Positions 26,726 to 36,428 of a stretch of 64,000 bases of DNA are shown here, one piece after another. The notes under the pieces were generated by a model, which saw only the letters and a list, made by a program, of their open reading frames with translations, had not been told where the DNA came from and did not search any database. This DNA is from Polyangiales bacterium (GTDB lineage Bacteria; Myxococcota_A; Polyangia; Polyangiales; Polyangiaceae): NCBI GenBank assembly GCA_038231275.1, contig JBBRLQ010000001.1:352001-416000 (forward strand), given 5' to 3'. Both the position numbers and the translations under genes were made by a program. The stretch's first letter is position 1; every line of letters begins with the position of its first letter.

Positions 26726-29700
26726 TCACACGGGAAATGCGGTTATCAAATTTCCATGGCTATCGGTGATTACTGTGATCACCGATGTGGCACCACCGCC
26801 ATTATTCAACGACGATTGACCGATGATGTTGCCGGCTCCGAGGTCGACCGTGCGCTGGAAGGCTACATCCTGCCCCATGGCGATCGGCTGAACTGGCGCG
26901 CTCACGACGGCATTGCTCTGCAGAACCGCGCGAATGTCCGCCTCCGGGACGGTGAAGACCGAGCGGTTATTCGCCGCCGGCCGGTCGAAGTGCCCCTCCC
27001 GGACGTGCTCCCATCCCGCCGAGACCGGTTGTCCGTTGTCGCGGCGGGGCGTAAATCTCGTCCGCCCGTTCGCGAGGTTGATACGACTCTGTGCGCATGA
27101 GAGACCGAGCGGGTCGACACGGTGCGTCGGTGAACCATCGAAGCCGCTTAGATTCAGTCCACCGTCGAGGCCCAAGGGATCCGGACTCACCCAACGTCCC
27201 CTCAGCGCGTCGAAGTACCGGAACCGCGTGTACGCTAGCCCTGTCTCGTCATCGAAGTACTGCCCCAACAGCCGAAACGGCGACTCCACCGCCTTCGCGC
27301 CTGGCTCCCGCCACGTCGCGGTGACCGTCCCCCACGCCGCCTGCGCCGCACTCCACGCCATGCGCCCGCTCGCGTCGACGAGCTCCTTCGGTGTTCCGAG
27401 GTGGTCGACGACGTACGTGAACACCTCGCCCTGCTCCTCCTGAAGAATTGGCGCGAACGAACCGCGCGCCCCGTGTACGAACACGCGTTTCCCCCGCTCG
27501 CTGTCGATCTCCTGCGCCAGCACGTCCCCGTCCCACAGGAACGACACGGTCCGCACCCGCTCCGGCTCGATCTTCAGCGCCTCGTCGCTGGCCGGAACGA
27601 GGTCCTTCCGCACGCGACGCCCGAACGCATCGTACGTGTATAGTGCACGCGTTCCGTCGGGCAGCTCGACTTCCCTCAGTCGATCGCGGCAGTCCCACCA
27701 ATAGGTGGTGACCTTGCCGTCCGCGCTCGTCTCGCTCACCCGCCGCCGTCGCGCGTCGTACTCGAGCGATCCCTCCTCCGTCTGGAGGAGGACGTTTCCC
27801 TCCGCGAGAGTCCAAGGCGACGCGCGCGACGTCAACCCCTCCACCACCGCGCTCAGCGAGCCCGCGCCGTCGTAGTAGAAGACCTCGTGTCGCTTGCCCC
27901 GCTGCGCTTCGATGAGCTGGCCTACCTCGTCGTACGCGTAACGCGTCTTGCCCCAGCGCGAGTCGTCGATACCCGTCACGCGGCCGTTCGCGTCGTAGGA
28001 CCACTTGCGCTCGGTCAGCACCCGCTGCGCTTCTTCGCCCGTGCGTGACGCGCTCTTCGCGATCCTCGACTCCAGGCGGTCGAGCGCGTCGTACGTCGAC
28101 ACGATGTCGACCAGCGCCTTCGCCGACTGCCGCCGAGTCTCTCGCCCTAACGCGTCGCGCGTGATCGCCACTTTGTGGCCATCGTGGTCGACGCCCAGCA
28201 AGCTGCCCGCCCGGTCGTAGGAGTACTTCGTCGTCTCGCCAGCCGGCAACTCCCGCGACGCCCTCCGGCCCCGCGCGTCGAGCGTCGCCTTCACCGCAAG
28301 GCCGTTCTGGACCTCGGCGATGACCCGGCCGAGCGGGTCGCGTTCGAGCTTCACGGTCGTCTTGCCGCTGTGCTCGATGACCGACGCCTCGAGCAGGCGG
28401 CCCTGCTTGTCGCGCGTGTACTTCTGCGGGCCATGCGAGCTCGTCTCTTCGACGATGTTCCCCAGTGGATCGTAGGCGAACTCGCGGAACGTCTCGTCCG
28501 GGTAGTCGACGCGGCGGAGGTTTCCGGATTTGTCGTAGCCGAACGTCAGGGTACGGCCGTCGAAGGTGCGCTCTTCGATGACGCGGCTGCCGCGGTCGTA
28601 CGCGAACTCGTACACCTCCTTCTTCGGGTTCGTGATGGTCCGCAGGCGCTCGGTCCCGTCGTACCCGAACGTCCACGTCAGGCCGTTCGGCAGAACCTGG
28701 CGCACGAGCACGCCCGTGCCTGCGTACTCCATGCGCGTGACGCGACCCATCGCGTCGACCTGGCGCGCGACGTTGCCCAGCGCGTCGTAACCGAGTTGCA
28801 CGCGCGTGCCGTCGGGCCTCGTGATCACGAGCGGCCGACCCATCTCATCGTACTCGACCCGCGTCACGCGGTTGAGCGCGTCCGTTTGCGTCAACGGACG
28901 GCCAAGAGGGTCGTACGTGTACGCCATCGAAGCGCCCCTCGCGTCGGTCTCCTTCACGAGGTTCTGCTTCTCGTCGAACGCGTACGACGCCAGCATCCCG
29001 TCGCCTCCGTACACGTACGTCAGGTGGCCAGCGCCGTCGTAGCCGATTTGGAACGACTCGCCTGTGGGCGCATGCACCTCCAGCGGCGCCCCCTGCGCGT
29101 TGTACGTCCAGGTCGTGACGTGCCCCTCGGGCGAGATCCGCCGCACGAGCAGGTCGCCGCGGTAGACCGAGATCGTCTCGTTTCCCGCCGGGTCGATCGC
29201 CTTCACGCGGTTGCCGCGCTCGTCGTACCCGTACTCCCAAGCCTCGCCGGCGGCGTTCTTCTCCGTGAGAATCAGCTTGTCGGCGTCGTAGGTGTACTCG
29301 GTCGCGAGATCACCATCTGGCGTCGACTCCTTGAGCAGAGCGCCGTTCGCCCATGTGTAGACGCGCACGTGTTCGCCGGCCGCCACCGTCACACCGGCCT
29401 TCAGGTCGTACGTGAGCTCCACGTCGTGGAGCCCACCGTCGCCCCACGTGTGTACGCATCGCCCCGTCTCGTCGTCGTAGGAGTAGTAGAAGGAGACGCC
29501 GTTCTTCAGCGTCGTCTTGACCATGCGGTGGAGCGCGTCGTAGGCAAAGTGCTCTGCGTGCCCGAGGGCGTCGGTGGCGCGCGTCAGCTCGCCGCGCGGC
29601 GTGTACGCATAGACGACCGCCTGATGCTCGCCCCCCTCGGCCCAGGCGCCCACGCGCAGAATGTTTCCACGCGCATCGTGGGTGAGACGAAGCTCGCGCC

Positions 29701-30343
29701 CGACGGCGCGCACGGTCGTGAGGCGCCCCGACGCGTACACGAAATGGACATGATTTCCCCAGGAATCCTGGATCGCGCGGATCATTGCGGGACCGCCGGG
29801 CGCGAGCGGCGAGAACGTTCGTGTGATGCGCGTCGTCAGGTCCTGCACTTCGTACCGATCGTCCGCGCCGCGCGTGATCGAAAGGTGCTTGCCGCGCACG
29901 ATGACCGTCGCGCCAGCCGCCACGTCGGGGAGTGGTTGGTTGCGCCCGGTGGGGCCGCGCAGGACGAGCACGTGGTCGACGACCGCGATCCACTGGTGCA
30001 GCTCGTGCGTCCACCCGCCGCGCCCGAGCGGTGACGTCTCGTCCGCGAGCGCCGAAAAGTACATGCGCCGCCAGGCGACGGGGATCGGACCGGGCAGCGC
30101 GAGCTCCAGCGCGTCGTCGATCACTTGGCCGCTGATCACCTCGACCGGGTGACCCTCTCCTCGGCACTCGGTCCCTTCCTCGTCTGCGTCGCCGCCCGCG
30201 CCCTTGGCGCCCGACATGCCCGCTCCACCACCTTGCACGAGAGCATCGTTGGTCTGCGCGACAGAGCCCGCTTGGACGTTGTTGGTCGTCCGAGTCCCCG
30301 TGGTGGCCGGGGTCTTGCCCCCTTGAGCATCGACTTTCGCCAT
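26726..30343 (-). CDS. Rhs polymorphic toxin (DUF6531, YD repeats, Rhs core, 124-aa C-terminal toxin)
   Basis: GHPVEVISG, GGWTH, many YD/YxYD repeats, SPFRLLGQYFDDETGLAYTRFRYFD, DPLGL-x-DPLGL ending at 27101. Confidence 0.95.
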   Translation of the reverse strand: MAKVDAQGGKTPATTGTRTTNNVQAGSVAQTNDALVQGGGAGMSGAKGAGGDADEEGTECRGEGHPVEVISGQVIDDALELALPGPIPVAWRRMYFSALADETSPLGRGGWTHELHQWIAVVDHVLVLRGPTGRNQPLPDVAAGATVIVRGKHLSITRGADDRYEVQDLTTRITRTFSPLAPGGPAMIRAIQDSWGNHVHFVYASGRLTTVRAVGRELRLTHDARGNILRVGAWAEGGEHQAVVYAYTPRGELTRATDALGHAEHFAYDALHRMVKTTLKNGVSFYYSYDDETGRCVHTWGDGGLHDVELTYDLKAGVTVAAGEHVRVYTWANGALLKESTPDGDLATEYTYDADKLILTEKNAAGEAWEYGYDERGNRVKAIDPAGNETISVYRGDLLVRRISPEGHVTTWTYNAQGAPLEVHAPTGESFQIGYDGAGHLTYVYGGDGMLASYAFDEKQNLVKETDARGASMAYTYDPLGRPLTQTDALNRVTRVEYDEMGRPLVITRPDGTRVQLGYDALGNVARQVDAMGRVTRMEYAGTGVLVRQVLPNGLTWTFGYDGTERLRTITNPKKEVYEFAYDRGSRVIEERTFDGRTLTFGYDKSGNLRRVDYPDETFREFAYDPLGNIVEETSSHGPQKYTRDKQGRLLEASVIEHSGKTTVKLERDPLGRVIAEVQNGLAVKATLDARGRRASRELPAGETTKYSYDRAGSLLGVDHDGHKVAITRDALGRETRRQSAKALVDIVSTYDALDRLESRIAKSASRTGEEAQRVLTERKWSYDANGRVTGIDDSRWGKTRYAYDEVGQLIEAQRGKRHEVFYYDGAGSLSAVVEGLTSRASPWTLAEGNVLLQTEEGSLEYDARRRRVSETSADGKVTTYWWDCRDRLREVELPDGTRALYTYDAFGRRVRKDLVPASDEALKIEPERVRTVSFLWDGDVLAQEIDSERGKRVFVHGARGSFAPILQEEQGEVFTYVVDHLGTPKELVDASGRMAWSAAQAAWGTVTATWREPGAKAVESPFRLLGQYFDDETGLAYTRFRYFDALRGRWVSPDPLGLDGGLNLSGFDGSPTHRVDPLGLSCAQSRINLANGRTRFTPRRDNGQPVSAGWEHVREGHFDRPAANNRSVFTVPEADIRAVLQSNAVVSAPVQPIAMGQDVAFQRTVDLGAGNIIGQSSLNNGGGATSVITVITDSHGNLITAFPV

Positions 30344-30654
30344 CAGCCGATGATGATCTTCGCGTTGACCATCATGGTGACCAAATCGTGGAGCGGCGCA
30401 GGTTGCGACGGCGCGTTGCCCGGAGGCGTGATCTCCAGGGTGCTGCCCTCGAGCACCATCGGGCCGCCGGCGATCGTCACCTTCGACGCGGTCTGCTTCG
30501 CGGACTGCGAGTCCGCCATGTACGGGAACGGCGCTGGAACGCCAGGGGGCGTCGCCGGTGTCATCGGCGGAATGTTGCTGACCGCCGGCGGACCGACCGC
30601 CATGTGATGGGTCGTCGTAGAGGCAACGTTCTTACCGCCGATGGTCGTGCCCAT
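30343..30654 (-). CDS. PAAR-like DUF4150 domain protein, apparently truncated or split from the Rhs
   Basis: GPPAVSNIP...GVPAPFPYMADS...SKVTIAGGP...PPGN matches the DUF4150 pattern. Stop overlaps the Rhs start as TGATG. Confidence 0.7.
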   Translation of the reverse strand: MGTTIGGKNVASTTTHHMAVGPPAVSNIPPMTPATPPGVPAPFPYMADSQSAKQTASKVTIAGGPMVLEGSTLEITPPGNAPSQPAPLHDLVTMMVNAKIIIG

Positions 30655-30765
30655 GTTCTTCCCCTCGCATGCGCTCCCGTGGCGGACTCACCGGCTCACG
30701 GAGAGGCTGCCACGGCTCGCGCGGCTTCGCCAGCCAGCGAGCCGTCAGCCAAACGGATGACAAAG

Positions 30766-30788
30766 GCGAGAGAAGCGAGAGAAGCGAG
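30766..30788. repeat. 9-bp tandem repeat just after a stop codon
   Basis: GCGAGAGAA x2 plus GCGAG. Confidence 0.8.
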
Positions 30789-30789
30789 G

Positions 30790-32142
30790 CTACAAATTCC
30801 GCACGCGAGGCGGAGCGAGCACGACGTGCTCGACCTCGATTTCGTCTTCCACGCAGAGATTCTGCAACTCCACACGTACGCGCGGATCCGCGCATTGCTC
30901 GGCGGCGACGCGGAGGCGCGCGCGCGTCTCGGGGCCGCCGCTCGCGACCAGCGCCGCCGCGGCCGTGCAGCGCGCGGTGCTCTCGATGGACGGCCCTTCG
31001 ACGAGCGACCAGAGCTGCTCGGCGGAGAGTGCGGTCGCGCGGTAGTCGCCGGCGCCGTGCGCCGCGCGCGTCAGCACTTCGCGCGAGGCCGCGTTCACGA
31101 AGTCCGTCGTCGGGTCTCGTCGCTCTTCGCGGGCGCGCTGGATCGATCCGCGGAGCCGCTCGAGGACGGCCTCCCGCCTCGCGGCGTCGCTCCCGTGCAG
31201 CTGAAGACGGAGGGCGACGCGGGGCCCTCGGACGAGCACGATGTCGTCCCCCTTCGGATGCGCGTAGTCGAGGTCGCGGTACGCGAAGAAGCGCGTGCGC
31301 GAGCTGCCCGTGACGAACACCCCGTCGAGGCCGATCGCGATGCGCGACGCGCGGCGGAAGAGCGCAGCGCCGCCGAGCGCGACGACGACGTACCCCACGA
31401 GCGCCGCCATCACGCGCGGATCGTGGAAGAACGTGCGCGTGGAGACGGACGCGAGGCCGACGACCATCGCCGCAGTGAGCGCCATCATCGCCCCCACGGC
31501 CGCGCGCGTCTCGTGCGTGACCGCGACGGCGTCGAACGAGATCTCGTCCCCCGCGACGTCGGCGTTCTGCGGATCCGCCTCGTCGACGACGGGCGCGACC
31601 ATCGCGTCGACACCGGCGCGCGTCAGCGCGGTCCAACCGATCGCCGCGATCGCCGCGGGAATGCCCCACAGCGCCAGCATCGCGATCGTCGCCGACGCCG
31701 GGCCCGACGCCGCCCCGCCAGGGAGATCGTACCCAGTCCATACGACCCACGCTGCCGCCAGCGCTGCGGGAATCGCCGTCAGCGCGCGCGTCGCCGACGG
31801 GTGCGCCGCCATCCACATCCGCGGCGCCGCGAGCGGATCACGGTTCCCCGCCCGCACGCGCGCGCGGACGACGGTGCGCGCCGCGAAGCCGAGGAGCGCT
31901 ACCGCCGTCGCGCCGAGCAGGACGAAGACGCAGCCCGCCACTGCGCTGGTCGTCGCGTGCCCCAACCGATCGACGAGGAGCTGCACGACGGGCCAATCAT
32001 TCGTCGCGCCCTTCCACCACCACGTATGGAGCGCGTCGACGCGCGCGCCGAGCTGCCGCGACATGACGAGGAACGCGACCGCGTAGGCCGCGGCGAAGGT
32101 GCCGATCGTCTTCGAAACCGTCTTGCCCCGCGTCGACAGCAC
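30790..32142 (-). CDS. Hypothetical polytopic membrane protein with PH-like and HEAT-like C-terminal regions
   Basis: About 6 TM, then IAIGLDGVFV...RFFAYRDL and a helical tail. Confidence 0.7.
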   Translation of the reverse strand: MLSTRGKTVSKTIGTFAAAYAVAFLVMSRQLGARVDALHTWWWKGATNDWPVVQLLVDRLGHATTSAVAGCVFVLLGATAVALLGFAARTVVRARVRAGNRDPLAAPRMWMAAHPSATRALTAIPAALAAAWVVWTGYDLPGGAASGPASATIAMLALWGIPAAIAAIGWTALTRAGVDAMVAPVVDEADPQNADVAGDEISFDAVAVTHETRAAVGAMMALTAAMVVGLASVSTRTFFHDPRVMAALVGYVVVALGGAALFRRASRIAIGLDGVFVTGSSRTRFFAYRDLDYAHPKGDDIVLVRGPRVALRLQLHGSDAARREAVLERLRGSIQRAREERRDPTTDFVNAASREVLTRAAHGAGDYRATALSAEQLWSLVEGPSIESTARCTAAAALVASGGPETRARLRVAAEQCADPRVRVELQNLCVEDEIEVEHVVLAPPRVRNL

Positions 32143-32179
32143 GAGTCAAGTCTACTCGCCGGGCGTCGGTCGCGCCGTT

Positions 32180-32205
32180 GCTACTTCTGCTACTTCCGCT
32201 ACTTC
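32180..32205. repeat. Triplicated GCTACTTC unit giving three in-frame TAG stops
   Basis: Minus strand AAG TAG CGG AAG TAG CAG AAG TAG at the end of CDS 32199-34256. Confidence 0.9.
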
Positions 32206-34256
32206 GCGACGTACACGCGCGCCTGCCGCGGCGGAACGGTCGCCGACGGCCCGGTCACCGCCGCGCCCGTCACGAGCTCGTTCAACGCCGCCGCGGGCAG
32301 GCCAGAGATGTTCGCGGCCCCATCCCCGCGGTTGATCGCGACGTAGACCGTGTCTCCGGTCGTCGCCATGGAGTAGACCCACGTGTCGGCGTTCACGCTG
32401 ATCGTCGTACGCCGCCCGCGACGAAGCGCCGGGTGCGCGGCGCGGGCCGCGGTGAGCGCTTTGATTGTAGTATACAAATACTGCTGATCCGCGGAGAGCC
32501 CAGTGAACTGCATCATGCGCCGGTTGTCCGGATCGCCAGCGCCGGGAAGCCCGACCTCGTCGCCATAATAGATGAGCGGCGCCCCCTTGTTCGTGAGCAG
32601 CACCGCGAACGCGACGCCCAAGCGCTCGAACGGCGACCGGTACCCCGGCAGCTGCGGCATGTTCGCCCACGCGCGGTCCTTGCCGTCGGTGTACGGATCG
32701 CTCCACATCGGCGTGTCCTCGGCGAGATGGATCGAGCGCGGCAAGTCGTGGTTGCCGGCGAACGTGCTCATCACCGCGTTGGCGCCGTAGTACCCGTCGT
32801 TGCCGTCCATGAACGCCGCGAGACCGTCCATCCCCTCTTTGCGCATGAGCGTCGCCTTGACCAGATCGAGGCGCTCGGGGAAGTCGAACTGCCCGTCCAG
32901 CTTGGTGGGCGGATCGACGAAGCTCTTGATGTAGTCCTTGTTCCCGAAGTCGTACGTCTCGCCGACCATGTAGAAGCGCTGGGGCGGGTTTTGCTTCGCG
33001 ATGATCTGCGACGCGATCGTGCTCCGCAGCTGCGTGAGCCAGCCGGTGGGGTGACCCTTGTACGCGTCGTCGACGTGCTTGATCGCGTCGAGCCGGAACC
33101 CGTCGACGCCGGTCGCGGCGGCGAGCGCGGCGGCCTGGGTGACCGAGAAATCGCGGGCGACCTGCACCGTGTAGTTCCAGTGCGGCAGGTAGTCGGTGAA
33201 CCAGCAGCGGTTCGCGTCGGCGTCCCACGAACAGTTCTGCCCGCAGATGCAGTCGCCGCCGCCGTTGCTGTTCGGGTAGAACCAATCGTTGTGTGCAGTA
33301 TACACGGGGCTGGTATTGACCACGTGCACCATGGCGTAGTCGAAGAGCACCTTCAGGTTCTTCGCGTGCGCGGCGTCGACGAGCGCCTTGAGCTCCGTCC
33401 AGTCGGTGCCGGTCTTCTTGCCGAAGCAGGTGTCGGGGACCGACGGATCGTAGGGCCAGTAGCCGTGGTAGGCCGAGTACTGGTGGGTGTCGCCGCCGAC
33501 GCCGTGACCCTTGAAGGTGTCCGCGTTCTTGAACGGCACCGTGATCCACAGGGTGTTCGCGCCGAGGTCGGTGAAGTAGCCGGCGTTGATCTTCTGGAGG
33601 AGCCCCGCCCAGTCGCCACCCTTGTAGTCGCCGGCCGAGTCGGTGCCGGCGACGCTGCAGTTGTTCGTCGCGTCGCCGTCGAAGAAGCGATCGACGAAGA
33701 CGAAGTAGATGACCGAGTCGCGCCAGTCGTAGACGCCGGGCGGCGGAGGGCCCGGCTCGTCGCACGTGAACGTCGTGCAGGTGATGGCCTGGGCGAGGTT
33801 GTTGGTGTTGCCATTGGCGTCGGTGACGGTTGGCTTGGTGGAGTCGACCTTCCAGGTCGTGCCGTCGACGAAGAGCTTGTATTGTACAGGCTTCCCGTAG
33901 GGGACCGGGACCGTGACCTTCCAGGCGCCGCCCGATTTGGTCATCGGGTCTCCTTTGGTCCACGCGTCGGTGCGGTAGTCGCCGCGGAGCTCCACGCTCG
34001 TCTCGGCGCCGGCCGGGTAGGTGAGCTCTTCGGCGCAGCGCTTGAGGTCGTTGGCGCACACCGGCGGTCCGGCGTCTTTGTTTCCGGGGTTGCCGCCGCT
34101 CGAGCCGTAGCCGTCCCCGCCGCTGCTGCTCCCGGGGTTGAAGATCGCCGCGTCGGGCGGGGCGCCGTAGTCGACGTTGTGGACCGCGTCGCTCCCGCAC
34201 GCGGCGGCGAGGGCGGTGCCGAGGCCGAGGCCCAGCGTGAGGAGGAGGCGTTTCAT
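32199..34256 (-). CDS. GH13 alpha-amylase family lipoprotein with CBM48-like module
   Basis: Lipobox LAAAC, VDRFFDGD, GGDWAGL, YHGYWP, FRLDAIKH, VGETY, GNHDLPR, IYYGDEVG. Confidence 0.93.
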   Translation of the reverse strand: MKRLLLTLGLGLGTALAAACGSDAVHNVDYGAPPDAAIFNPGSSSGGDGYGSSGGNPGNKDAGPPVCANDLKRCAEELTYPAGAETSVELRGDYRTDAWTKGDPMTKSGGAWKVTVPVPYGKPVQYKLFVDGTTWKVDSTKPTVTDANGNTNNLAQAITCTTFTCDEPGPPPPGVYDWRDSVIYFVFVDRFFDGDATNNCSVAGTDSAGDYKGGDWAGLLQKINAGYFTDLGANTLWITVPFKNADTFKGHGVGGDTHQYSAYHGYWPYDPSVPDTCFGKKTGTDWTELKALVDAAHAKNLKVLFDYAMVHVVNTSPVYTAHNDWFYPNSNGGGDCICGQNCSWDADANRCWFTDYLPHWNYTVQVARDFSVTQAAALAAATGVDGFRLDAIKHVDDAYKGHPTGWLTQLRSTIASQIIAKQNPPQRFYMVGETYDFGNKDYIKSFVDPPTKLDGQFDFPERLDLVKATLMRKEGMDGLAAFMDGNDGYYGANAVMSTFAGNHDLPRSIHLAEDTPMWSDPYTDGKDRAWANMPQLPGYRSPFERLGVAFAVLLTNKGAPLIYYGDEVGLPGAGDPDNRRMMQFTGLSADQQYLYTTIKALTAARAAHPALRRGRRTTISVNADTWVYSMATTGDTVYVAINRGDGAANISGLPAAALNELVTGAAVTGPSATVPPRQARVYVAK

Positions 34257-36400
34257 GGGGTGGCGCAGGCGCTCGCCGAGGGCACGAGGATGCGCGTGGA
34301 GAATGGCGCACGCCCGAGGTTTGTCAACTCAGGAATGAGTGACGCTTTTTGCCCGGTGAGGACATCCGCGTAGTCGCCCGAAGGAATTCCCGGCAGCGCG
34401 GCGCTCACGTCGGCAGCCGGAGACCGCAGGAGCGCCACCACGACCCGCTCGGCGTCGTCTCCCGTCTCGCGCGCGTAGACGAGGGCTTCGTCGGTAACGA
34501 GGAGGGGACGGTAGGTTCCGCGCCGGAGCGCGTTCGAGCAACCGCGCAGGCGCCCGAGGCGTCCGGTCGCGTCGCGGAGGGCGCGCTGATCGGCTGTGAG
34601 ATCCGCCTCGGCCGGCATCACGCGTCGTGAGTCGGGATCGGCGCGGCCGGCGAGCGCCACCTCGTCGCCGTAGTAGACGACCGGCATGCCCGGCATCGTC
34701 ATCACGGTCGCGAGCGCCATGCGCTGCTTGGCGTAGACGAGCGGATCGGTCGGCTGCGATGCGGCGATCCAGCCGTCGCCGATGGCGTCGCCGGCGCTCT
34801 CCGACGCGAAGCGCGTGACGTCGTGGTTGCCGATCATCGTCGCCATGACCGCACCGGAGCCTTGCCACGCCGCGGTCCCGGCCTGCACGGCGGCGTCGAT
34901 GTCGCCCATGGGGCCGGTGGCCGAAGCGACCGCGCCGCGGAGCGACCACATGAGCGGGAAGTGGAACTCCGAGTCGAGGCCGAACGGGCCGAGCTCGTAG
35001 CGCAGCTGGCCGTATCCGCCGGGGCCGGTGAAGTTCTCGCCCAGGAGGAGCGAGCGGTGGCCGGCGTGATCGTACCTGCCCCGCACCGCGTGGGCGATGC
35101 GGCGGGTGGCGGAGCGAGGCATCATCGGGACGGCGTCGATGCGAAGGCCGTCGCCGTCGAAGCGATCGATCCACCAGCGCACGTCGCTTGCGATCTGGTC
35201 GGCGGCGGCGGGGTTCTTCCACTCCAGATCGGGCAAATACGGCGTGAACCAGCAGTCCTCGATGTGCTCCGCCCAGCCGCACGTCGCCGAGCCGCACACG
35301 CAGTTCGCGCCGATGCCGTGGAACCAATCGGGGTGCTCTTTGAAGTACGGATGCTGCTCGTGCACGTGGTTCGGCACGACGTCGAACACGACGCGAACGC
35401 CGCGCGCGTGGGCCGAGGCGACGAGCGCGTCGAGCTCCGCTTCGCCGCCTTGCTCCGGCGCGAGGGCACGCGACGCGATCGGCCAATAGCCGTGGTAGCT
35501 CGTGTACGGACGGCCGTCGCTGCCGGCGAACGTGCCGGTCGGGTTCGCGTAGAGCGGCGACAGCCACACCGTATTGACGCCGAGCGCGGCGAGCTCGCCC
35601 GCTTCGATCGCCGCACGCACGCCGCGCAAGGTGCCGCCTGCGCGACCCGATGGAAGGGACGGCGGCCGAACCGCGCCGGCATCGCCGCGGAAGCGATCGA
35701 CGATGACTTGATACACGACGAGATCGGAGAGATCGAGCGGTCGCGGCTCCACCCACGCCGTCGCGATCGCCTCGTCCGCCGCGTGCCCTGCCCGGTCTTT
35801 TGCGCGAAGGGTCACGGTCACCTTTCCCTGCGGAGCGCCATCGAGGGCAAGGTCGATCGCGCCCGTCGCCGGGTCCGCGCCCGTCACCGCCAGCGCGCGA
35901 CCGTCCCGCGTCGTGGCCGTGATCGACGCCGGATCCAGCGCATCGCCCGACGCCGACGCGAGGAGCCGCGCGCTGACCGAGACGTGGCCGCCGGGCGTCG
36001 CGGTCGCCGTTTTCACCTCGAGGGCCGGCGCGTCGCAGCTCGCGACGTCGACCCACGTGACCTCGTGCTCCTCGTGGAACGCCGTCGTCGCGACGTTGGG
36101 ATCAGTCAGCCAGACTCCGTCCTCGACGATCGCGTAGGTGTGCTCGCCGGCCGGCAGATCGAGCGTCGTGACCCGCCACCCATCCGCGCGATCCGCAGGG
36201 ATCACGCGCCCTGGACGAGCCCATCCGTTGAAGTCGCCGACGATTTCGACCGTCGCCGCGATGCTCGCCGCTTTGTGCCACACGCTGACGCCGCAGCTCC
36301 GCGCGGGCGCGCCGGCGGTGGACGCGGAAGGACGACACGCCCCGCTCAACGCGACGGCGCTCACCGAGAGCCACAAAAACCCGACCGCGCGACCGCGCAC
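34253..36400 (-). CDS. GH13 alpha-amylase family lipoprotein with CBM48-like module
   Basis: LSGAC, IVGDFNGW, VDRFRG, YHGYWP, DVVPNH, LRIDAVPM, LGENF, GNHDVTRF, YYGDEVA. Confidence 0.92.
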   Translation of the reverse strand: MRGRAVGFLWLSVSAVALSGACRPSASTAGAPARSCGVSVWHKAASIAATVEIVGDFNGWARPGRVIPADRADGWRVTTLDLPAGEHTYAIVEDGVWLTDPNVATTAFHEEHEVTWVDVASCDAPALEVKTATATPGGHVSVSARLLASASGDALDPASITATTRDGRALAVTGADPATGAIDLALDGAPQGKVTVTLRAKDRAGHAADEAIATAWVEPRPLDLSDLVVYQVIVDRFRGDAGAVRPPSLPSGRAGGTLRGVRAAIEAGELAALGVNTVWLSPLYANPTGTFAGSDGRPYTSYHGYWPIASRALAPEQGGEAELDALVASAHARGVRVVFDVVPNHVHEQHPYFKEHPDWFHGIGANCVCGSATCGWAEHIEDCWFTPYLPDLEWKNPAAADQIASDVRWWIDRFDGDGLRIDAVPMMPRSATRRIAHAVRGRYDHAGHRSLLLGENFTGPGGYGQLRYELGPFGLDSEFHFPLMWSLRGAVASATGPMGDIDAAVQAGTAAWQGSGAVMATMIGNHDVTRFASESAGDAIGDGWIAASQPTDPLVYAKQRMALATVMTMPGMPVVYYGDEVALAGRADPDSRRVMPAEADLTADQRALRDATGRLGRLRGCSNALRRGTYRPLLVTDEALVYARETGDDAERVVVALLRSPAADVSAALPGIPSGDYADVLTGQKASLIPELTNLGRAPFSTRILVPSASACATP

Positions 36401-36428
36401 GAGGCGAGGTGTAGCCCCGCCCCGTCGC

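Noticed and set aside
27700-29600. Periodic GTCGTA/GTACGC motifs as a DNA repeat element
   Set aside because: Explained by YD repeats of the Rhs protein on the minus strand.
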